From NCBI GenBank assembly GCA_965659745.1, contig CBFHXF010000008.1:1-55315 (forward strand): DNA of 55,315 bases. Direction: 5' to 3'. Every line of letters starts with the position of its first letter. Position 1 is the first letter of the stretch. The position numbers and the translations under genes were made by a program. Source of the DNA: Bacteroidia bacterium. Its GTDB lineage: Bacteria > Bacteroidota > Bacteroidia > NS11-12g > UBA955. Positions 41,162-49,011 of the stretch are shown piece after piece. The notes under the pieces were generated by a model, which was not told the DNA's origin, ran no database searches, and saw nothing but the letters and a program-made list of their open reading frames with translations.

Positions 41162-42694
41162 TTACAGATCAAACTTAATGCCCTGTGCAAGGGGTAAATT
41201 CGCTCCGTAATTTAGGGTGTTGGTTTGTCGGCGCATATAGGCTTTCCAAGAATCGGAGCCACTTTCGCGACCTCCGCCGGTTTCTTTTTCGCCTCCAAAA
41301 GCGCCTCCAATTTCGGCCCCTGACGTGCCAATATTTACATTGGCGATGCCGCAATCGCTACCGGCATGAGACAAGAATTTCTCGGCTTCCCGCATATTCA
41401 AGGTCATGATGGCGGAAGAAAGTCCTTGCGGAACCTTGTTCTGTATGGCGATGGCGTGTTCTACTTCCCCCGAGTAAGGAATCATGTAGAGGATGGGCGC
41501 GAATGTTTCGTGTTGCACGATGGGGGCGTCGGCGGCTATTTTGGCGATGGCCGGTTTTACGTAAAACGGACTTTCGGCGCTGCTGATACGGCCGCCGCTA
41601 ACGATCCATTCGGCACCTTGGGCGGTGGCCGCATGGAGGGTGTTTTCGTATTGTTCTACGGCGTTGGCGTCGATTAAGGGACCTACGTGATTTTCGGTGA
41701 GCAGCGGATTTCCGATGCGTATTTGTTGGTAGGCTTTGGCGAGTGCTTCGGCCACTTGTTCGAATATGGATTCGTGCACGATTAGGCGACGGGTGCTGGT
41801 ACAGCGCTGTCCGCAGGTGCCCACGGCGCCAAATACCGTTCCAATTACGGTCATTTTAATATCGGCATTGGGCGTTACGATGATGGCATTGTTGCCGCCA
41901 AGTTCTAATAGCGATTTTCCGAGTCGGGCGGCTACCTTTTGAGCAACTTGTTTGCCCATACGGGTAGAACCGGTAGCGGATACTAAGGCAATTCGAGGAT
42001 CTGCCGACATTAATTCTCCGATTTGGGCATCGCCTACGATGAGGGTGCTGATGGCTTTGGGATAGTTGAAATTTTCTAAAGTTTGTTGCAGTAATAATTG
42101 ACAGGCGATGGCACAAAAGGGTACTTTTTCGGAGGGTTTCCAAACTAAGGTATTGCCGCAAATGAGGGCCAAAGCGGCGTTCCAACTCCATACTGCCACG
42201 GGAAAGTTAAACGCTGAAATGATGCCCACCACGCCTAAGGGATGGTATTGCTCATACATGCGGTGTTCGGGTCGTTCGGAGTGCATCGTAAAACCGTGCA
42301 ACTGACGTGACAATCCAACGGCAAAATCGCATATATCGATCATTTCTTGCACTTCGCCCCAGCCTTCTTGGAGGGATTTTCCCATTTCCCAAGAAACCAG
42401 TCGGCCCAAAGCATCTTTATGTTCGCGGAGCAGATTTCCATATTGTCGCACTACTTCCCCTCGTTGGGGTGCGGGCACCAAGCGCCATTGCAGAAAGGCA
42501 TTTTCGGCTTCGGTAACGCAGCGATTGTAATCTTCGGCTGTGCCCCCTTTTACGCTTCCAATCAAGGAATTATCGACCGGCGTATAGGAGTCGAAGCTGA
42601 TGCCATTTCCGAACCATTCATTTCCGAAATTACAACCTAAGGCTTGGGGTGGAATGGCGATTTTTTCAAATATTTCTTGGATTTCTTTTCGCAT
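41162..42694 (-). CDS. amaB: ALDH7-type L-piperideine-6-carboxylate / alpha-aminoadipate semialdehyde dehydrogenase
   Basis: GEVQEMIDICDFAVGLSRQL, SAFNFP, LELGGNNA, GTCGQRCT, ETFAP, GTSGAEIGGAFGGEKETGGGRESGSDSWK. Confidence 0.9.
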   Translation of the reverse strand: MRKEIQEIFEKIAIPPQALGCNFGNEWFGNGISFDSYTPVDNSLIGSVKGGTAEDYNRCVTEAENAFLQWRLVPAPQRGEVVRQYGNLLREHKDALGRLVSWEMGKSLQEGWGEVQEMIDICDFAVGLSRQLHGFTMHSERPEHRMYEQYHPLGVVGIISAFNFPVAVWSWNAALALICGNTLVWKPSEKVPFCAIACQLLLQQTLENFNYPKAISTLIVGDAQIGELMSADPRIALVSATGSTRMGKQVAQKVAARLGKSLLELGGNNAIIVTPNADIKMTVIGTVFGAVGTCGQRCTSTRRLIVHESIFEQVAEALAKAYQQIRIGNPLLTENHVGPLIDANAVEQYENTLHAATAQGAEWIVSGGRISSAESPFYVKPAIAKIAADAPIVQHETFAPILYMIPYSGEVEHAIAIQNKVPQGLSSAIMTLNMREAEKFLSHAGSDCGIANVNIGTSGAEIGGAFGGEKETGGGRESGSDSWKAYMRRQTNTLNYGANLPLAQGIKFDL

Positions 42695-42822
42695 AATTTA
42701 CAAATATTTCTAAAAGGGATATGGTTTAATAGGTAATTGTGGACTGTTGTATAGTTGAATAATGATGTTTAAAAAATCAAATGTAATCGTTTTGGTTTTT
42801 TAATAAGGATTCCAAATTAATT

Positions 42823-43740
42823 TTAAATAGCATCGTTTTTTTGGGTTTGGGAGGTAAAGGTACTTTCGAATATTTTGTCGGCATTGCCGGCTTCAAAACC
42901 TTCGCGGCGTTGTTCGCGTTGTAGGGATTTTGGGTCTAAATTTTGATATTCAGGTAGGGAGCGGCGTTCGGCGAATTCCACATAGCTCCCAGAAATTTCA
43001 TGCGTATCACCACCGGCAAATTCAGCCATAACGGTCTGTGCCACGGTGCTGCTTTGTAGGAGAAGTCCGTCGGGACTTTTTTTAATGATGCCGCCGGCAG
43101 TATTCATTTTCACCTGGATGTGACTGAGAAAGTCGTTGAAGGCTTCTAAGGTATTGAGGGGTTCGGGCATTTCATGCACGCTAATCGTGTAATGATTGAG
43201 GTAATAGCGGTTGTAAATGACCCAAGCGGCATACTCGCTCTCCTGTAGCAAGGCGTGATAATCTTCCCAAGAAGGAAGTTCCCAAAGTGGTTTTTGGAAG
43301 AAGTTTATCACGGTTTGGGCATCATTTAAGTCGAGCGCGGTACTGGGGTCGCTTGTGATATTGTGGGTGTATCGATTCAGGATTTTTTGTGCGTTTTCGG
43401 AGAGTTCATGGGCGCACAATTCGCTGATGAAAATGCGGGGATAATGGGGTTCTGGAGGCGCGTACCAATAGGCCTTGAGTTTTTTCTCCTCAAAGCGATA
43501 ATAATCGCGCTTTTGATATCCGTAGTGCAAGAAAATACGTTCGATGGAGGCAATTCCCAAGTGGGGAAGGCCAAGGGTGCGAAAGGCGATATGATCGTTT
43601 ACGATTTCGGATTGGTCGGAAATTACGCCTTTTTCGATGAGGGCTTGGGTGACTTTTTTAACATCGGGGACTTGGTTGGCATAGGTTTCAAAAAGTCCCT
43701 GTAAAAAATCAGAGAGTGGGCTTTTCTTGTTGAACTTCAT
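42823..43740 (-). CDS. hglS: DUF1338 protein, 2-oxoadipate dioxygenase/decarboxylase (HglS-like)
   Basis: NDHIAFRT, PRIFISEL, ESEYAAW, NHYTISVH, LLQSST, SYVEFAER, GFEAGNADKIFEST. Start ATG 43740. Confidence 0.82.
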   Translation of the reverse strand: MKFNKKSPLSDFLQGLFETYANQVPDVKKVTQALIEKGVISDQSEIVNDHIAFRTLGLPHLGIASIERIFLHYGYQKRDYYRFEEKKLKAYWYAPPEPHYPRIFISELCAHELSENAQKILNRYTHNITSDPSTALDLNDAQTVINFFQKPLWELPSWEDYHALLQESEYAAWVIYNRYYLNHYTISVHEMPEPLNTLEAFNDFLSHIQVKMNTAGGIIKKSPDGLLLQSSTVAQTVMAEFAGGDTHEISGSYVEFAERRSLPEYQNLDPKSLQREQRREGFEAGNADKIFESTFTSQTQKNDAI

Positions 43741-44815
43741 TGAGGCCTTTTGCGTTTTGGAGGTACAGGGATCCGGTTTGGGTTTTGATGAAGGCATCGA
43801 AAGGAATTTCTTCTTGCTTGATGAATCCTTTCTGGGGCAAGGTGCCTTGGGCTACCATTTCTATTACAGCAACGATGGCGCCGGCGGTGGTCCACGAAAT
43901 GGCCCTCCAACGGATGCCGTCAATTTCTATGGGATAAAAGGCGCGGTAGTATTCTTTTCGGGATATTTTGCCTTTCTTCCATCCTTCGACGATGGCGTAA
44001 ACGTATACCACATCGTCTTCTACCGGGGGCTTGGCATTGCTTAAAATACGTTCGAGATTATCGATATCGTTTTTCATGATGAGCTCGTACATCAGGAAGC
44101 GCATAAGTTTACCGTGGCCGGGATAGCGGATGGTTTTATAATTTAGGGTATCGACTTTTCCTTCGAAGGTATCGCACATGGTACCTAAACCACCAGAAGT
44201 GGTAAATGCCTCGAATTCTTGTCCTTCGATATTGATATATTCAAATCCTTCTAGGGAAGGAACATTCTTTTTTACGCCGTTGTGAATGACTTCGGCATCG
44301 TTGAGGTATTCGTTGATTACGCCGTATGAGGACCAATTGAAGGAGTAGGCGAGGAGTCCGTTCGGGAATCGGGGCAGGGCGCCCACGCGCAGTTCAATAT
44401 CGCGCAGGGTTTCAAACTCATGGGTGAGGTGGGCGCCCACGATTCCGATATAGCCGGGTGCCAAGCCACATTGGGGCGCCATTACCGCGTCGGCGGTTTT
44501 GGCCAATTCCATAATATGGGCGGTGGTGGGAACATCTTCGGTTAGGTCGAAGTAGTGGCATTTGTGGCGGTAGGCCATTTCCGCGATCCGCTTATTAAGG
44601 AAATAAGGCAAGCAAGAAACAACGGCGTCGTTTTTTTCAAGCAAGGAGTTCAGCAGTTCGTCGTTTTTCACATCGCCTTTTAATGTGCTAAAAGGCAAGG
44701 GGTAGGGATAGTGGGGATCTTGTTGGTCGAGCCCGGTAACGGTAAAGTTTTTACTGAGCATAACGCCCACAAGGCAGCCCACTTTTCCAAGTCCAATAAC
44801 GAGAATATTTTGCAT
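43709..44815 (-). CDS. Saccharopine dehydrogenase family protein, probable L-lysine 6-dehydrogenase
   Basis: Rossmann IGLGKVG, HYFDLTEDV, PQCGLAPG, RVGALP, NEY, EAFTTSGGLGT, YKTIRYPGH. Start ATG 44815. Confidence 0.82.
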   Translation of the reverse strand: MQNILVIGLGKVGCLVGVMLSKNFTVTGLDQQDPHYPYPLPFSTLKGDVKNDELLNSLLEKNDAVVSCLPYFLNKRIAEMAYRHKCHYFDLTEDVPTTAHIMELAKTADAVMAPQCGLAPGYIGIVGAHLTHEFETLRDIELRVGALPRFPNGLLAYSFNWSSYGVINEYLNDAEVIHNGVKKNVPSLEGFEYINIEGQEFEAFTTSGGLGTMCDTFEGKVDTLNYKTIRYPGHGKLMRFLMYELIMKNDIDNLERILSNAKPPVEDDVVYVYAIVEGWKKGKISRKEYYRAFYPIEIDGIRWRAISWTTAGAIVAVIEMVAQGTLPQKGFIKQEEIPFDAFIKTQTGSLYLQNAKGLNEVQQEKPTL

Positions 44816-44924
44816 CTTTCGCAAGATACAATAAGGGAATCAAAAATGGGAATTTCTTAGGTAGATTTAAAGTAGGCGTAATAATTGCCAATAAAATTCT
44901 CATTTTTGAGTTGATCCTTTAGGG

Positions 44925-45338
44925 TTAATCGTTTTTCTTTTTAGGATTGGCGATTCGCTCGGTAAGGATTTGAATGAGTAAGTTTTGTTGTTCGATCATT
45001 CTTTGAAGGGCATCCATATTCTGATGGATGTCGTGCAGATCTTTAGGGGTTAATGAGTAGTTATTAACGGTACCGTGAGGGGCGGAATTACGCATGTTTT
45101 GAATGTGATAGACCACCCGTTCGTCTAAATGGAGTATGTCGTTTAATTCTACTCCAAAAACACTGGCGAGTTGATTGAGTCTATCTATACTCAAAGTGGT
45201 TTCTCCGCGCTCGATTTTACCGTAGCCGTTGGTAGTGATTCCCAGTTTAGTTGCTACGGATTCTTGCCTTAAACCTTTAATTTCTCTTATTTTACGTAGG
45301 TTTTGAGCAATAGTTTCATTATCTATTGGTTTTTTCAT
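44925..45338 (-). CDS. XRE family HTH transcriptional regulator
   Basis: LRKIREIKGLRQESVATKLGITTNGYGKIERGET HTH; C-terminal coiled-coil-like segment; promoter TATATTTG at 45362-45355. Confidence 0.9.
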   Translation of the reverse strand: MKKPIDNETIAQNLRKIREIKGLRQESVATKLGITTNGYGKIERGETTLSIDRLNQLASVFGVELNDILHLDERVVYHIQNMRNSAPHGTVNNYSLTPKDLHDIHQNMDALQRMIEQQNLLIQILTERIANPKKKND

Positions 45339-45421
45339 GTGACTTAATCAAGGGCAAATATACATATTGAAAGTGTGTAGAAACAAACTGAGAGTTTTTT
45401 AAACCACTTTAAATTTGTAAG

Positions 45422-45796
45422 GTGCAATTGAAATTTCATTCTTTGAGTATCAATAAATTCAAGTATAAGGCTAAAAAAGGCATTACTGATTACGCCCAAT
45501 TGTCTTTGGGTATTATTGATTTCAATTCGCAAACAACAACGGCTAATTGGGAGTTTTCGCTCGATTTAGTGCGCTTTCCTTTAGTATACGATTTAAATGA
45601 AATGGATTTTACCTGGCATTTGGATTTTCAGCCGCTCCAAATTGAAATTGGGATTCAAGAGGGTACTGGCGAGCCTAAAGTTCTTGTGCAGAATCTTACG
45701 CCCCATTTTCTCCAATTGCGTAATGAAAGTCCTTTCTATGCCATTCAATTGCAAAATTCAATTCTTTCTTCAACTATTTGGTGTAAACAATTATAA
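45422..45796 (+). CDS. Hypothetical protein A (paralog of 46772..47176)
   Basis: GTG start 4 nt after TAAATTTG; shares motifs with A'. Confidence 0.65.
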   Translation: MQLKFHSLSINKFKYKAKKGITDYAQLSLGIIDFNSQTTTANWEFSLDLVRFPLVYDLNEMDFTWHLDFQPLQIEIGIQEGTGEPKVLVQNLTPHFLQLRNESPFYAIQLQNSILSSTIWCKQL

Positions 45797-45798
45797 TT

Positions 45799-46155
45799 TT
45801 GAGAAAGCTTATATTCTTCATTCAAACGATTCTAGACAGAAACAATCGTTTTGCTCCCGAACTTTTACAAGGTTTAAATTCGGTTAGTCACTCTCAAGTG
45901 AGATGGTCTCGTCGACTTATGAAAATTTCAGATCGCATGAATTTGGACATCCCTACACAAAAAGAAATTTATGAAGTGGGCACCGTCTATATACATAAGA
46001 AGCAAAAACTCCGGGAAGAGCTTCCGCATTTGCCGGATATATTAGAAAGTGATTTGAAAATTATGCGGATTCAGCGTGATCTTGAATTTCAAAAGATCCT
46101 GACTGAGCGATATCAAGATTTCAAAGCCTTCTACTATAAGTACGGTAAGTACTAG
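45799..46155 (+). CDS. Hypothetical helical protein B (paralog of 46280..46618)
   Basis: TTG start 2 nt after the A stop; 46/97 identities with B' in a manual ungapped alignment. Confidence 0.75.
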   Translation: MRKLIFFIQTILDRNNRFAPELLQGLNSVSHSQVRWSRRLMKISDRMNLDIPTQKEIYEVGTVYIHKKQKLREELPHLPDILESDLKIMRIQRDLEFQKILTERYQDFKAFYYKYGKY

Positions 46156-46279
46156 TACGTTTTATGTTTACCAAGAAAAATGTTCGTTCACGAACTAAAA
46201 ACGTACCGCTGTATGTTTAGATCTTTCTTTGCGTTGTGATCGTTTACTTTACAGACCTTTCACCTTAACTTAAAACAAC

Positions 46280-46618
46280 ATGACTCCTTGGTATAAACGT
46301 ATATTTCAAAAAAATCAGAATCGGTTTGCCGACGAGATACTGATTGCTTTCAATTCAAATACGGGTTATGCTGTGCGATGGGCGAAGAAGTTGATGCGGA
46401 TTTCCGATAAAATGAAATTAGATAAAAACGAACAATTGCAGATATTTCATACAGGCATAGAGTATTATAAAAAGCGCGAAGAACTGAAATTTCAACTGCC
46501 GCATTTACCCGAAATCATGGAGCGCGAAATCAAAATCCTTCAAATACAGCGCGATTTGGTATGGAGAGAAATTTTAGAGTACCGGTTTGAAGACTTTAAG
46601 GAGTGTTACTCAAATTAG
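46280..46618 (+). CDS. Hypothetical helical protein B'
   Basis: ATG after an A-rich tract (TAAAACAAC); clear paralog of B. Confidence 0.8.
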   Translation: MTPWYKRIFQKNQNRFADEILIAFNSNTGYAVRWAKKLMRISDKMKLDKNEQLQIFHTGIEYYKKREELKFQLPHLPEIMEREIKILQIQRDLVWREILEYRFEDFKECYSN

Positions 46619-46676
46619 TGAGTAAAGGCCCCCTCACCAATTAATTGGTTCGTTCATTTGTTTTCGACATTTCAAT

Positions 46677-46752
46677 TTTGATTCTCTCAAGAATTAGATG
46701 TATATTCGATTTAAATAATTGATATTCTTGTAATTGTATTGGTGACAATTAC
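46677..46752 (+). promoter_or_regulatory. Promoter for A' with a downstream 8-bp inverted repeat
   Basis: TTTG (46677-46680), 20 nt, TATATTCG (46701-46708); GTAATTGT-N7-ACAATTAC (46730-46752). Confidence 0.5.
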
Positions 46753-46771
46753 CATTTAGTGATCCAGAAAC

Positions 46772-47176
46772 GTGTTAAAGCCGCATGCCCTCATATTGAA
46801 CCGATTTAACGACCTCGCCTTAGGATTTCAAACCGAAGGACGTGTGGAGTTGTATTGTAGCATGTCGCCGCTGATCAATGCAAATCCTACGGCACACTAC
46901 ATCTTCACGGAACCCATCGTAGAATCGACCTATCAAACGCCGATTTCGTATGATTTGGCTCATTTAAATACCGAAAACTTGGTTCCCGAAGGTCGGTTTT
47001 ACCTGAAATTAGGCATCCAATTCAAATCGGAATTTTACCATGAGATTGAAGGTGTTGTAAACCTTGAAAATCTTCATCATTTAAGTGCATCGGGCTATCG
47101 GAAATTAGAAGTCTCCGATGCCGTAATATCGGCCACCATCCTTTTCAAAGAAGAAATTCCTTCCTTGGGAAATTAA
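46772..47176 (+). CDS. Hypothetical protein A'
   Basis: GTG start; 134 aa; motif similarity to A. Confidence 0.68.
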   Translation: MLKPHALILNRFNDLALGFQTEGRVELYCSMSPLINANPTAHYIFTEPIVESTYQTPISYDLAHLNTENLVPEGRFYLKLGIQFKSEFYHEIEGVVNLENLHHLSASGYRKLEVSDAVISATILFKEEIPSLGN

Positions 47177-47191
47177 CGCACGCCATTGCTC

Positions 47192-48175
47192 TTAATACTG
47201 CGGGTGCTCGGGAGCATTGTCTACAATCGCCTCGATACGCGCCATGATTTCAGGCGTTAGAAGTTTCTCAGTTTCGAGTGCTTTGAGATTCTCGATTAAT
47301 TGTTGCTCTTTGGTGGCGCCCAAAATTACCGTCGATACATTGTCGTTTCTCAAACACCATGCAATGCTCAACAAAGGCAAGGTTGTACCCAATTCTTTCG
47401 CGAGTTCTCCCAAAAGCGCTACCTTTTTGAGGTTCGATTCTTGCAATAAACGCTCGCTCAACCAACCCAATTCTTCTCTTTTCAAGCGGGAATCTTGAGG
47501 AACGCCGTTATTGTATTTTCCGGTGAGTAAACCACTGGCAAGCGGACTCCAAATGGTGGTTCCCAAGCCGACGGTTTTGTACAATTGCGCATATTCCACT
47601 TCGAACTTTTGACGGTGTAACAAATTATATTGAGGCTGTTCCACTACCGGACCTATCAGGTTGTATTGCTTGGCCACCATATGCGCTTCCATGATTTCCT
47701 GTGCGCTCCACTCAGAGGTTCCCCAATACAAAATTTTGCCCTGCATGATCAATTGATGCATGCTCCAAACCGTTTCTTCAATAGGCGTGCTTTTGTCGGG
47801 ACGGTGACAGAAATACAAGTCTAAATAATTGACTTTTAACCGCTCTAAGGCCTGATGGCAGGCTTCAAAAATATGCTTGCGGTGCAATCCTTTTTGGGTG
47901 GGAAATTTGGCTCCCGCACCGAAAAAAACTTTAGATGATACAATATAGGAATCGCGCGACCATGACTTTTTACTTAAAATGTCGCCCATTACGCGCTCCG
48001 ATTCGCCAGCGGCATACACTTCGGCATTGTCAAAGAAATTAACCCCGTAATCGTAGGCAATATCCATCAAACGTTCTGAAATTTGATTGTCAATCTGATT
48101 TCCAAATGTAATCCATGAGCCAAAACTCAAACGGCTGACGGGAAGGCCTGTTTTTCCGAGATTTTTGTATTCCAT
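47192..48175 (-). CDS. Aldo/keto reductase, Kv-beta-like subfamily
   Basis: LGKTGL.VSRLSFGSWITFG, FFDNAEVY, SSKVF, CHRPD, YWGTSEW, EQPQYN, WSPLASGLLTGKY. Confidence 0.92.
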   Translation of the reverse strand: MEYKNLGKTGLPVSRLSFGSWITFGNQIDNQISERLMDIAYDYGVNFFDNAEVYAAGESERVMGDILSKKSWSRDSYIVSSKVFFGAGAKFPTQKGLHRKHIFEACHQALERLKVNYLDLYFCHRPDKSTPIEETVWSMHQLIMQGKILYWGTSEWSAQEIMEAHMVAKQYNLIGPVVEQPQYNLLHRQKFEVEYAQLYKTVGLGTTIWSPLASGLLTGKYNNGVPQDSRLKREELGWLSERLLQESNLKKVALLGELAKELGTTLPLLSIAWCLRNDNVSTVILGATKEQQLIENLKALETEKLLTPEIMARIEAIVDNAPEHPQY

Positions 48176-48209
48176 GTCACGAAATTAGGGGTATTGCGTA
48201 TATTCGGAC
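48176..48209. promoter_or_regulatory. 34-bp divergent promoter region
   Basis: TAATTTCG on the minus strand (48187-48180), 4 nt before the AKR ATG; TATATTCG on the plus strand (48199-48206), 3 nt before the DUF2461 ATG. Confidence 0.55.
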
Positions 48210-48866
48210 ATGTTTACGGAAGAATACTTCGAATTTTTTATCGAATTAACGATGAACAATACGAAGACCTGGTTCGATGAAAATAGAAATACCTATGAAA
48301 AAAAGGTGCGGCCTACCTTCATCGATTTTGCCTTATCGCTTCAAAATCGCTTGGCGGAAATAAATCCCCAATTTAAAGAAAACGACGCCCGAAAGTCTAT
48401 CTTTAGAATCAACCGCGACATTCGTTTTTCTAAAGATAAAACGCCCTACAAAACCTTTATGTCGGTTATTTTAAGTCCTCATGGCAGCAAAAGCATGCAA
48501 GCCGGCGGACTTTATGTGGAAGTGGGTCCTGAAAACTGCGCCTTATACAGCGGCAATTACATGCCCGAGAAGCAAGAATTGCAAAACATCAGACAGCGAA
48601 TATTTGCGAATCCCGCAAAATTCGAGTCCATTCTAAAAGAAAAGAACTTTGTAAAACATTGGGGCCATATGCGCGGCGAGCAGAACAAGCGCATCGATAA
48701 ACCTTTCATGGAAATGGCCGCCAAAGTGCCTGCCCTTTTAAACAAACAGTTTTACATCATGCACACGTTTGAACCCGAACGCAGCCTCGAGCCTGATTTT
48801 ATCAACTATTGCGCGCAGGTTTATGAATCGTCTATTCCGTTTAATCAATTTATCATGGGGAACTAG
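48210..48866 (+). CDS. DUF2461 family protein
   Basis: NNTKTWFDENR..YE, IFRINRDIRFSKDKTPYK, GLYV. Confidence 0.88.
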   Translation: MFTEEYFEFFIELTMNNTKTWFDENRNTYEKKVRPTFIDFALSLQNRLAEINPQFKENDARKSIFRINRDIRFSKDKTPYKTFMSVILSPHGSKSMQAGGLYVEVGPENCALYSGNYMPEKQELQNIRQRIFANPAKFESILKEKNFVKHWGHMRGEQNKRIDKPFMEMAAKVPALLNKQFYIMHTFEPERSLEPDFINYCAQVYESSIPFNQFIMGN

Positions 48867-48869
48867 GGA

Positions 48870-48904
48870 TTAGCTATTAGCTATTGGCTTTTGGCGATTG
48901 GTTT
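48870..48904 (+). repeat. Degenerate 7-bp tandem repeat (5 copies, TTAGCTA-like)
   Basis: ttagcta ttagcta ttggctt ttggcga ttggttt. Confidence 0.75.
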
Positions 48905-48939
48905 ATTCGCAAGCCGCCCGAAGTTAGCCGCCACTTACC

Positions 48940-48995
48940 ATTCATAATTCATCATTCATAATTCACCATTGATAATTCACCATTCATAATTCACA
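48940..48995 (+). repeat. 7-bp tandem repeat (8 copies, ATTCAYN) with a 14-bp higher-order unit
   Basis: attcata attcatc attcata attcacc attgata attcacc attcata attcaca. Confidence 0.9.
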
Positions 48996-49011
48996 ATTAA
49001 CAAGCAAGATC

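Noticed and set aside
5411-43797. Longer ORF-track starts at 5411, 7601, 20688, 20692, 23825, 28894 and 43797
   Set aside because: The extensions overlap promoters or neighbouring genes; family-typical N-termini begin at the downstream starts used here
44925-47176. Prophage or integrative element around the XRE gene
   Set aside because: No integrase, structural genes, att-like repeats or tRNA target seen
47192-48175. Potassium channel subunit
   Set aside because: Kv-beta-like sequence, but no channel gene is nearby; bacterial members are soluble aldo/keto reductases
48870-48998. CRISPR array
   Set aside because: Units are 7/14 bp tandem repeats without unique spacers, and no cas genes are nearby
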